Positions 10,566-18,419 of a DNA stretch of 32,000 bases are shown here, piece after piece (within the stretch, counting starts at the first letter, position 1; each line of letters starts with the position of its first letter). The notes beneath the pieces were generated by a model. It did no database searches, was not told where the DNA came from, and was given only the letters and a program-made list of their open reading frames with translations. Made by a program: the position numbers and the translations under genes. This stretch comes from Tannockella kyphosi (GTDB lineage Bacteria; Bacillota_I; Bacilli_A; Erysipelotrichales; Coprobacillaceae): positions 840,001 to 872,000 of the forward strand of contig NZ_CP088239.1 in the NCBI RefSeq assembly GCF_021054785.1, read 5' to 3'.

Positions 10566-11271
10566 ACATTTTAATATAGTCACCGATTTTTTAGCTTTCC
10601 ATGACTATCAACCAAACAAACACTATGATTTGATATTAGTTTTAGGAAGTGCTATTCCTAGTGTATCTTTAGCTGCATACAAATTGTATCTTGAAGGACA
10701 ATCTACTTATTTTATGATTGCCGGAGGAATAGGCCATACTACAGATTTATTAATCAAGAACTTACCAGGATGTATTTGCCATGAAAACAAAAGTGAAGCT
10801 GCTTTACTAAAAGAATATATTGAAATAACTTTTAATAAAGATGATTCTATTCTTTTAGAACAAAATTCTACTAATTGTGGATTGAACATAAGTTATGCGT
10901 TTCAAGAATTAGAAAGTAAAAACATTTCTGTACAAACCGTATTACTATGTCACGATCCTTTATTACAAAGAAGAATAGATTTAACAGCAAAGAAACAATA
11001 TCCTAATATTTGTTTTTCTAATTTCTGTGCCTTTATACCAGAAGTAAAGATAATAGATAATCAATTACAATTAGTAAATAAAGCAATAGATCAATGGCCA
11101 ATAGATCGTTATCTATCCTTAACACTAGGAGAAATGTCACGTATCTATGATGATGAATTTGGTTATGGTCCAAAAGGAGCAAATTATATTTGTCACCAAG
11201 ATATACCAAAAAATGTTGAAAACAGTTATTCTATTTTAAAAAAAGAATATCAAACATCGATTCGTAAATAA
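10552..11271 (+). CDS. YdcF/DUF218 (ElyC/SanA-like) family protein
   Basis: DLILVLGSA...GGIGH...ST(N)C motifs typical of DUF218. The start overlaps the PFK gene by 14 nt. Confidence 0.6.
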   Translation: MQYDKHFNIVTDFLAFHDYQPNKHYDLILVLGSAIPSVSLAAYKLYLEGQSTYFMIAGGIGHTTDLLIKNLPGCICHENKSEAALLKEYIEITFNKDDSILLEQNSTNCGLNISYAFQELESKNISVQTVLLCHDPLLQRRIDLTAKKQYPNICFSNFCAFIPEVKIIDNQLQLVNKAIDQWPIDRYLSLTLGEMSRIYDDEFGYGPKGANYICHQDIPKNVENSYSILKKEYQTSIRK

Positions 11272-11298
11272 GAAAACAGGAAACTGTTTTCTTATTTC
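11270..11298 (+). terminator. Intrinsic terminator
   Basis: AAGAAAACAG-GAAA-CTGTTTTCTT hairpin overlapping the stop codon. The T-tail is weak. Confidence 0.6.
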
Positions 11299-11340
11299 TA
11301 CATTTTGCTTTATACTATTAAAAAAGAGGGAGAAAAGAAG

Positions 11341-11916
11341 ATGTTTAAAAAATTAGTCAAACAAAATCGTAGTTATCGTAATTTTGATAATAGCTATGTC
11401 GTAACAAAAGAACAATTATTAGAAATGGTAGATTGTGCAAGATTAGCACCCGCTAGTGTTAATGTCCAACCATTTAAATATTTTTTAGCTTATCAAAAAG
11501 AAATAGTAAATAGGATTCAACCATTAACAGGATGGGCTAGAGCATTACCAGATATTACATTGCCACATCCAGGAAAAGAGCCAACTGCATTTATTGTTAT
11601 TTGCCAAGATCTTTCTATTAGTGAGGCTATTAGTAGGTATCAAAAAGATGTTGGGATCGTTGCTCAAACAATTTTACTACAAGCAACTCATATGGGACTG
11701 GGAGGATGTATGATTGGAAACTACAATCCTGATAAAGTAAAAGAAGCTTTGCAACTAGCTAAAAATTTTACACCAGTACTAATTATTGCGATTGGGAAGG
11801 TGGATGAAGTAGTTAATTTGGTAGATATGAATGAAGGGCAACCAACCAATTATTACCGAGATGAAAACGATACTCATTATGTACCAAAAAGAAAATTAGA
11901 AGATATTATTCTTTAA
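11341..11916 (+). CDS. Nitroreductase family protein
   Basis: RSYRNF..., ARLAPSxxNxQP-like (ARLAPASVNVQPF) and a GLGGCMIG motif. The start is placed at the ATG 8 nt after GAGGGAG rather than at the upstream TTG in the ORF track. Confidence 0.85.
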   Translation: MFKKLVKQNRSYRNFDNSYVVTKEQLLEMVDCARLAPASVNVQPFKYFLAYQKEIVNRIQPLTGWARALPDITLPHPGKEPTAFIVICQDLSISEAISRYQKDVGIVAQTILLQATHMGLGGCMIGNYNPDKVKEALQLAKNFTPVLIIAIGKVDEVVNLVDMNEGQPTNYYRDENDTHYVPKRKLEDIIL

Positions 11917-11949
11917 AGGATGTTCAATAAAAAAACATTCTTTTTTTTA
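11916..11949 (+). terminator. Intrinsic terminator
   Basis: AAGGATGTT...AACATTCTT hairpin followed by T8. Confidence 0.7.
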
Positions 11950-12092
11950 TTGAAATAACTGCCTTATAATCAATACTTTTTTCATATTCTAACTTTCATG
12001 TGAAAAAAATCATTTGTAATAAGTGATAAATGCAAGTAAAATAGACTTAAATAGTAGGTATTGTGTTTTTCATTATTTGGGAGGTTATGAAA

Positions 12093-12794
12093 ATGCGAGT
12101 ATTAGTGTATTATGAAGAAATAGATATTGTCAGTCAATTAGTAAAATATATAAAAGATTATGATATTAATAATGATTTTATGATTCATTCACAAAGTACA
12201 AAAGAAATTTTTAATAAAAGCAATAATGAATATGATATCTATTTTATTCAATATTCCTATCCACTGAGTGAGACCAAAATGAACTTATGGGAAAAGTATA
12301 TCCATAAAAATAAAAATCAAGTAATCTTTGTTTTTATTTGTGATTCTATTGGTATGGTGGAAAATATTCCTTCATTAAATCCGATATTTTTTATTAGAAA
12401 AAATAGGATGGCAAGAGACTTAGATAAGTTATTTGTATTTATTAATAAGTTTATTGAAAAGAAAAATCATTTCATAAAGACTACTTTTAATAGTCAACTT
12501 TCTAAGCTTAAATTTGGAGATGTTATCTATATTGAGGATTATGGTTATGAAACATTATTTAATATGATTGATAAAAAAGTATTAATTTTTGGGAGAATTG
12601 AAGATATTGTTGAAGAATTAAAAGAGGCTACGCTTATTCCAATTAAAAAAACATGTTTTATTAATATTGATAAAATCAATTATATTGGTAGTCAATATAT
12701 TATATTAGTGAATGGAGAGGTTTTAAGGGTAGATAGGCAATACTATGATAAGATGATAGATGCTTATAAGGAGAATTTAATTTATGGTATATGA
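12093..12794 (+). CDS. LytTR-family DNA-binding protein with a degenerate receiver-like N-terminal domain
   Basis: The C-terminal LytTR-like region reads LKFGDVIYIEDYGYETLF...IPIKKTCFINIDKINYI. The start is taken at the ATG 8 nt after GGGAGG. The N-terminal half is receiver-sized but seems to lack the phospho-acceptor Asp (DIYFIQYSYP). Confidence 0.7.
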   Translation: MRVLVYYEEIDIVSQLVKYIKDYDINNDFMIHSQSTKEIFNKSNNEYDIYFIQYSYPLSETKMNLWEKYIHKNKNQVIFVFICDSIGMVENIPSLNPIFFIRKNRMARDLDKLFVFINKFIEKKNHFIKTTFNSQLSKLKFGDVIYIEDYGYETLFNMIDKKVLIFGRIEDIVEELKEATLIPIKKTCFINIDKINYIGSQYIILVNGEVLRVDRQYYDKMIDAYKENLIYGI

Positions 12795-14010
12795 TATATT
12801 ATTGTCTTCAATATATTTGTTTGTTTTTTGTATTTTTTTGATGTTTTTTCATCATGTAAAGTATGATATATTTTTTATTATGTTTGGATTTTTTGGTGTT
12901 TTCACGTTGAGTGTTGTTACAGTTGGACTAGATAGTTATTATATTTTACTTTTCTTTGTTTTTTTAATAATAGCTTTATTATTAAGCTTTAAAATAATGA
13001 AATTAAAAATAACGTCTTATGTATTAGCTACTTTGTTTATTGGACTTTTGTTTATTATATCTTGTAATGTTTTTACTTTTGTAATGGCACAATTTGTTAT
13101 CAATATATCTTTTGAAGAATTGTATTATAATAAAGAATTATGTTTGATTATTAAAACATTGGCAATATTGTTATATGTTGTATCAATTATTAATTATTTA
13201 TATTTTATAAAAAGTAAAAAAGTTAAGTTTATTGATATTAAAGTAACTAGTTTTGTTTTTATAGAATTAACCATGTTGTTAGCTATTTTTACGTTAGCTT
13301 GGTATCTTTTTATAAGAGATGATTTTTATATTAGTTTAACTTTGTTATTTTTAATCTTTGCTTTTGTTGGAATTATTTATCTTTATTACCAAATACAAAT
13401 ATTAGAACAAAAAGAATTGAAACTTGTTTTAGAAAAGCAAAAAGAATTTAATACGAGTGTTACTTATCATAAAATTCATCAATTACGAGAAGAAATAGCA
13501 GAAATGGAACATGCTTTAACTGTTGTGTTATTAGATATTAAGGAACATAGTGATAGTTATGATGTAGATGTATTAGTTGATAATTATATTCAAAACTTAT
13601 CGAAGTATTCTTCTTTATTTATTACTGATAATCCTTTTTTTGATGTTGCAATGACAACAAAATTAAATGAGTTAATGCAATCTGGTAGATTTTGTAAGAT
13701 CGGAATTTTTATTAGTTGTGATGAGTTTTATGATAATTTAGAATTTGTTACTTTGATGTGTGATATTTTAGAAAGGATGGATAAAATTTGTATTTATAAT
13801 ACAGATATAGATTTATCTATGATCGAGAAAAATCAGTTTACAGTTATTAAGGTGATGGCAACTTGTAGTAAATCGATGATTCATGGTGATTTTAGTTTTA
13901 TACAGGATAAGGTCCATAACTTAAATGGAAAGTGTCAAATAGAGATAGAGGAAGATATTTCTATTTCTATGTCTTTTAATCGAAATGATGCACCTGTTTT
14001 ATTTTTATAG
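12784..14010 (+). CDS. Polytopic membrane protein, AgrC/LytS-like sensor architecture with a degenerate kinase core
   Basis: AAGGAG RBS; the gene overlaps the LytTR gene by 11 nt. About 6 TM helices are followed by a coiled segment and a ~190-aa cytoplasmic domain. A possible H-box is EMEHALTVV. I could not find an N-box Asn or a G-box. Confidence 0.55.
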   Translation: MVYDILLSSIYLFVFCIFLMFFHHVKYDIFFIMFGFFGVFTLSVVTVGLDSYYILLFFVFLIIALLLSFKIMKLKITSYVLATLFIGLLFIISCNVFTFVMAQFVINISFEELYYNKELCLIIKTLAILLYVVSIINYLYFIKSKKVKFIDIKVTSFVFIELTMLLAIFTLAWYLFIRDDFYISLTLLFLIFAFVGIIYLYYQIQILEQKELKLVLEKQKEFNTSVTYHKIHQLREEIAEMEHALTVVLLDIKEHSDSYDVDVLVDNYIQNLSKYSSLFITDNPFFDVAMTTKLNELMQSGRFCKIGIFISCDEFYDNLEFVTLMCDILERMDKICIYNTDIDLSMIEKNQFTVIKVMATCSKSMIHGDFSFIQDKVHNLNGKCQIEIEEDISISMSFNRNDAPVLFL

Positions 14011-14049
14011 TTAAAAAAGATAGTTAAATTTATATTGCAATTAAAAAAT

Positions 14050-14078
14050 GATAATGTTCCTTGTTAGGAACAATTATC
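14050..14078. promoter_or_regulatory. Near-perfect inverted repeat (candidate operator) abutting the M18 aminopeptidase promoter
   Basis: GATAATGTTCC-TTGTTA-GGAACAATTATC lies immediately upstream of the extended -10 TGCTATAAT (14082-14090). Confidence 0.4.
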
Positions 14079-14081
14079 TTA

Positions 14082-14090
14082 TGCTATAAT
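14082..14090 (+). promoter_or_regulatory. Extended -10 element TGCTATAAT
   Basis: Exact TGnTATAAT about 15 nt upstream of the AAGGAGG RBS of the aminopeptidase gene. Confidence 0.55.
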
Positions 14091-14117
14091 CTTGAGAGAA
14101 TAAAGGAGGTACTTTAA

Positions 14118-15497
14118 ATGTATAAAAAGAATGCATGGGAAAAGTATGATGAAAAAAACTTAGAAAAAGTAATGGAATTTTCACAAGGATATAAGCATTA
14201 CATTACTGTTGGAAAAACAGAACGAGCTTGTGTAAAGGAAAGTGTTCGTATCGCAGTTGAATTAGGATATAAAGACTTATCTGTTATGATTAAAAATAAT
14301 GAAGCATTACAAACTGGAGATAAGGTTTTTATTACAAATATGGATAAGAATTTTGCTAGTTTTGTTATTGGTAGAAAACCTTTAGAAGCAGGGTTAAGAA
14401 TTTTAGGAGCGCATATTGATTCTCCTCGTTTGGATTTAAAACAAAATCCAATCTATGAAAGTGATGGATTTGCAATGGCAGATACTCACTATTATGGTGG
14501 TGTTAAAAAGTATCAATGGGTTACTTTGCCACTATCTATTTATGGAGTTGTTTGTAAAAAAGATGGTACTTCAATAGATGTTGTAATTGGAGAAGATGAT
14601 AATGATCCTGTAGTTGGGATTAGTGATTTATTAATTCATTTATCTCAAGATCAATTACAAAAGAAAGCTGCTAATGTTATTGAAGGGGAAGACTTGGATA
14701 TTACGTTAGGTTCTATGCCTTTAAAAGGAAAAGAAAAAGATAGTGTAAAAGCAAATATCTTAAAGTTATTAAAAGATAAATATGATATTGAAGAAGAAGA
14801 TTTTATTTCTGCTGAAATAGAAATAGTACCTAGTGGAAAAGCTAGAGATTATGGCTTAGATCGAAGTATGGTAATGGGATATGGTCATGATGATCGTGTT
14901 TGTGCTTATGCTTCTATGTATGCTGCATTTGATTTAGGTGTAGCTGATTATACTACTTGTGCTATATTGGTTGATAAAGAAGAAATTGGTAGTGTTGGGG
15001 CAACTGGTGCACAATCATTATGGTTTGAAAATGTTGTTGGTGAAATGATGAATTTAATGGGGGAAACAAACTTCTTAAAAGTACGTCGTGCAATGGCTAA
15101 TTCAAAAATGTTATCTAGTGATGTAAGTGCTGGTTATGATCCATTATATGCAAATGTAAATGATAAAAAAAATGCTGCTTTTTTAGGACAAGGAGTATGT
15201 TTTAATAAATATACTGGTGCTAGAGGAAAAAGTGGATGTAATGATGCGAATCCTGAGTTTGTAGCAACGTTACGTAAGATTATGGATGATCATGATATTC
15301 ATTATCAAACTGCAGAGCTTGGAAAAGTAGACCAAGGTGGTGGAGGTACAATTGCCTATATACTAGGAAACTATGGTATGAATGTAATTGATGCTGGTGT
15401 TGCTGTTTTGAATATGCATGCTCCATGGGAAATTATTTCAAAAGTAGATTTATATGAAGCATATCTTGCTTATAAACTATTCTTAGAAAAAGCATAA
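14118..15497 (+). CDS. M18 family aminopeptidase
   Basis: GAHIDSPRLDLK, GYGHDDRVCAY, DKEEIGS and NMHAP motifs characteristic of M18 (aspartyl-aminopeptidase-like) enzymes. Confidence 0.85.
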   Translation: MYKKNAWEKYDEKNLEKVMEFSQGYKHYITVGKTERACVKESVRIAVELGYKDLSVMIKNNEALQTGDKVFITNMDKNFASFVIGRKPLEAGLRILGAHIDSPRLDLKQNPIYESDGFAMADTHYYGGVKKYQWVTLPLSIYGVVCKKDGTSIDVVIGEDDNDPVVGISDLLIHLSQDQLQKKAANVIEGEDLDITLGSMPLKGKEKDSVKANILKLLKDKYDIEEEDFISAEIEIVPSGKARDYGLDRSMVMGYGHDDRVCAYASMYAAFDLGVADYTTCAILVDKEEIGSVGATGAQSLWFENVVGEMMNLMGETNFLKVRRAMANSKMLSSDVSAGYDPLYANVNDKKNAAFLGQGVCFNKYTGARGKSGCNDANPEFVATLRKIMDDHDIHYQTAELGKVDQGGGGTIAYILGNYGMNVIDAGVAVLNMHAPWEIISKVDLYEAYLAYKLFLEKA

Positions 15498-15526
15498 AAA
15501 TGGGTAATTAATACTCATTTTTTTTA
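15498..15526 (+). terminator. Intrinsic terminator
   Basis: AAATGGGTA-ATTAA-TACTCATTT hairpin followed by a T-run. Confidence 0.7.
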
Positions 15527-15558
15527 TTTTAAAACATATTCTATGAAAGGGTGAGTTT

Positions 15559-15819
15559 ATGTTATTAAATAGAAAACAACGTGTTTTAGGACAAGTGGTG
15601 GAGGTAAGGAGAATCAAGCAACTTCATTATTTAGTGTATAGTTTTGAAACAAAAGATGGTCAAATAATTCAAGGGATGGATAGTGATAATGAACCTTTAG
15701 AGTATATCCTTACAAAACAAGGAATAAAGGAGTATACTTCACAATCCTTTCCAATAAAAAATATAAAGATTATTTATCATAAAAAAAATCCGTGTCAATT
15801 TCATGCAAAATACTTATAA
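15559..15819 (+). CDS. Hypothetical small protein (86 aa)
   Basis: GGGTGAG RBS lies 4-5 nt before the ATG. No motif recognised. Confidence 0.5.
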   Translation: MLLNRKQRVLGQVVEVRRIKQLHYLVYSFETKDGQIIQGMDSDNEPLEYILTKQGIKEYTSQSFPIKNIKIIYHKKNPCQFHAKYL

Positions 15820-15835
15820 CAATAGATAGAATCTA

Positions 15836-15844
15836 TGCTATAAT
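15836..15844 (+). promoter_or_regulatory. Extended -10 element TGCTATAAT upstream of the GTPase-NYN gene
   Basis: Exact TGnTATAAT 59 nt upstream of the ATG at 15903. Confidence 0.5.
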
Positions 15845-15902
15845 TTTTTTAATAAAAAGTAATCTTAGTATTGCTTTTTTATTTTTAGAAAAGAGGTTTA
15901 CA

Positions 15903-18398
15903 ATGAAGAAAATAAATATTGGGATATTAGCTCATGTTGATGCTGGGAAAACGACACTTAGTGAAGCTTTACTTTATCAATGTGGAGCAATAAAAGATAT
16001 GGGTAGAGTAGATCATGGTAATGCTGTTTTAGATTTTGATAATATGGAAAGAAAAAGAGGAATTACGATTTATTCAAAAGAAGTATCTACTAATTATCGT
16101 GAATTATCGATTACTTTGGTGGATACACCAGGTCATCTTGATTTTTCTTGTGAGATGGAAAGAACATTGCAAGTATTAGATATGGCAATTGTCGTAATAA
16201 GTGGCACAGATGGCTTACAAAGCCATCATGAGACTATTTTTAAATTATTAGATCATTATCAAGTACCAGCAATGTTATTTATTAATAAAATGGATATTTC
16301 TTATTTATCAAAAGATGAAATAGTAGAACAAATTCAACATAAATGTAATCTTGAAGTAATTGATTTTTCTTTAGAGAAAGATAAGTTATTAGAATCAATT
16401 GCAGTTATAGAAGATTCTTTATTAGAAAAATATTTAGAAACAAATAAAATAGATGATCAAGATATTCAATTATTAGTTCAACAAAGAAAGATAGTTCCTT
16501 GTTTTAATGGTTCAGCATTAAAAAATAAAGGTATTGAAGAACTTTTAGAAGGAATATATCGATATCATCCAATAATAGAATATTCAAAAGGATTTGGTGC
16601 AAGAGTTTATAAAATTAGTTTTGATGAGTTTGGTAATCGCTTAACTCATTTAAAAATAACGGGTGGTTGTTTAGAAAATAAAACTGTTCTTTTTGAAGGA
16701 AATAAAGTAGATCAAATTAGGATCTATCAAGCTAATAAATATGAAATGGTACAATCAGTACAAGCAGGTACTATTTGTGTGGTGAAAGGGATTCCTAATT
16801 TACAGGCAGGATATGGGTTAGGATTTGAAAATAATCGTCAAGAAGTCTATTTAACTTCTTATATGAATTATCAAATTATTTTACCAAAAGATGTTGATAG
16901 CTTTGAAGTTTTTCCTAAACTTAAAAGATTACAAATTATTGATCCACAGTTAAAACTAACTTATGATCAACAACAAACACTTTCTATTCATGCAATGGGA
17001 GAAGTTCAATTAGAAGTAGTGAAACAAACAATAAAAGATTTATTTTTAATGGATGTTCAGTTTATGCCAGGACAAATCATTTATAAAGAAACAATTAGAA
17101 ATGGTATAATCGGTGTTGGTCATTTTGAACCATTACGTCATTATAGTGAAGTTCAATTGTATGTAGAACCTAATGAATTTGGAAAAGGGATAGAAATAAA
17201 TAGTGTTGTACACCAAGATGATTTATCAATGGCATATCAAAACTATATCACAAAGATACTAAAAGAAAATACGATTCCAGGTGTCTTAACTGCTGGAGAA
17301 TTAACTGATTTAAAGATTACTTTAATTGCTGGAAAAGCACATTTGAAACATACAGAAGGTGGCGATTTTTATGAAGCTACGATACGAGCTTTACGTAATG
17401 CTCTTTATTTAGGGGATTCTATCTTATTAGAACCTTATCAAAATATAACAATATCTTCACCAAATCATTATTTATCAAAAATAATGTTTGACTTAGATAA
17501 CAAACAAGCAACATATACAATGAGTGTGGATACTAATGGAAATACAGTTTTTCATGGAATTGCACCAGTACAATATTTTCAAGACTATCCAACCTATATT
17601 CAATCAACCTTTAAAGGAGAAGTTGAATATCAATCTTCTTTTTATGGATATAAAGAAGTTATCAATCAATCTAATCTTATTCAAGAACAAAGTTATGATG
17701 CCCTAGCAGATACTAATTTTCCTTGTGGGTCTATTTTTTGTAGTCATGGAGCTGGATTTTATGTTGCTCCAGAGAAAGTTTGTGATTACCAACATATCGT
17801 AACAAATTATAAAAAAGAAACTAAATCTTCTCATTATACAAAGATGACTTCAAGTGATTGGGATTTAGAAACTATTTTTGAGAGAACTTATGGAAAAGTG
17901 GAAACTAAGCTTTTTGAAGAAACGAAAAAAACACCTAGTATAGTGCCTTCTAATACAGTAAAGAGTAAACCAATATTTATGTTTGTAGATGCCTATAATG
18001 TGATTCATGCATGGCAAAAAACAAAAGATGTTATTTTTGATTCGGTGGAAGATGCCAGAGATATTTTAATTGAAATGTTATGTGATTATCAAGGGTATCG
18101 AAATATACGTATATGTGCTGTTTTTGATGCTTATAAAGTAAAAGAGGGAAGAGGATCGATTAATAAATATTCCAACATAGAAGTTGCTTTTACAAAAGAA
18201 GGACAAACAGCGGATATGTATATCGAAAGAAATATGACACAATTTCTTGATGAATATCAAATAATAGTTGTTTCTAGTGATGGATTAGTACAAACTATTT
18301 CACTAGCCAAAGGGGCTAGAAGAATGTCGAGTCGAGAACTTGTTTTAGAATACCAACACTTTAAAAAATCAAATGCAACAAAAATTATTTCAAAATAA
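15903..18398 (+). CDS. Translational GTPase (Tet(M)/Tet(O)/EF-G-like) fused to a C-terminal YacP/Rae1-like NYN ribonuclease domain
   Basis: The start is placed at the ATG after AAGAGG; the upstream TTG-type extension in the ORF track runs through the promoter region. G1 AHVDAGKTT, G2 RGITI, G3 DTPGH, G4 NKMD, G5 SALKNKG. The last ~145 aa (from about nt 17968) read FMFVDAYNVIHAW...EDARDILIEML.DYQGY....AVFDAYKV....IEVAFTKEGQTADMYIE...VVSSDG, closely paralleling B. subtilis YacP/Rae1 as I recall it. Confidence 0.8.
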   Translation: MKKINIGILAHVDAGKTTLSEALLYQCGAIKDMGRVDHGNAVLDFDNMERKRGITIYSKEVSTNYRELSITLVDTPGHLDFSCEMERTLQVLDMAIVVISGTDGLQSHHETIFKLLDHYQVPAMLFINKMDISYLSKDEIVEQIQHKCNLEVIDFSLEKDKLLESIAVIEDSLLEKYLETNKIDDQDIQLLVQQRKIVPCFNGSALKNKGIEELLEGIYRYHPIIEYSKGFGARVYKISFDEFGNRLTHLKITGGCLENKTVLFEGNKVDQIRIYQANKYEMVQSVQAGTICVVKGIPNLQAGYGLGFENNRQEVYLTSYMNYQIILPKDVDSFEVFPKLKRLQIIDPQLKLTYDQQQTLSIHAMGEVQLEVVKQTIKDLFLMDVQFMPGQIIYKETIRNGIIGVGHFEPLRHYSEVQLYVEPNEFGKGIEINSVVHQDDLSMAYQNYITKILKENTIPGVLTAGELTDLKITLIAGKAHLKHTEGGDFYEATIRALRNALYLGDSILLEPYQNITISSPNHYLSKIMFDLDNKQATYTMSVDTNGNTVFHGIAPVQYFQDYPTYIQSTFKGEVEYQSSFYGYKEVINQSNLIQEQSYDALADTNFPCGSIFCSHGAGFYVAPEKVCDYQHIVTNYKKETKSSHYTKMTSSDWDLETIFERTYGKVETKLFEETKKTPSIVPSNTVKSKPIFMFVDAYNVIHAWQKTKDVIFDSVEDARDILIEMLCDYQGYRNIRICAVFDAYKVKEGRGSINKYSNIEVAFTKEGQTADMYIERNMTQFLDEYQIIVVSSDGLVQTISLAKGARRMSSRELVLEYQHFKKSNATKIISK

Positions 18399-18419
18399 AA
18401 AACGCATAAGCGTTTTTTT
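18398..18419. terminator. Bidirectional intrinsic terminator shared by convergent genes
   Basis: AAAAACGC-ATAA-GCGTTTTT with A/T runs on both sides. It overlaps both stop codons. Confidence 0.8.

Noticed and set aside
11950-12092. Search for an AgrD-like pro-peptide ORF or LytTR direct-repeat boxes upstream of the LytTR gene (for example the TTTCAT repeats at 11980 and 11994, and a 12-codon minus-strand ORF).
   Set aside because: The repeat spacing (14 bp) does not fit the ~21-bp LytTR pattern. The mini-ORF has no convincing RBS or AgrD-like features.
15792-15902. N-terminal 37-codon extension of the GTPase-NYN ORF (MSISCKILITIDRIY...).
   Set aside because: It starts inside the upstream ORF and runs through the predicted -10 element and AT-rich leader. 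A good RBS precedes the ATG at 15903, which gives the canonical position of the G1 motif (residue ~10).
15903-18398. Calling this gene a tet(M)/tet(O)-type tetracycline resistance determinant on a conjugative transposon.
   Set aside because: No Tn916-like integrase, excisionase or conjugation genes flank it. It carries ~190 extra C-terminal residues including the nuclease domain. Resistance cannot be inferred from GTPase motifs alone.
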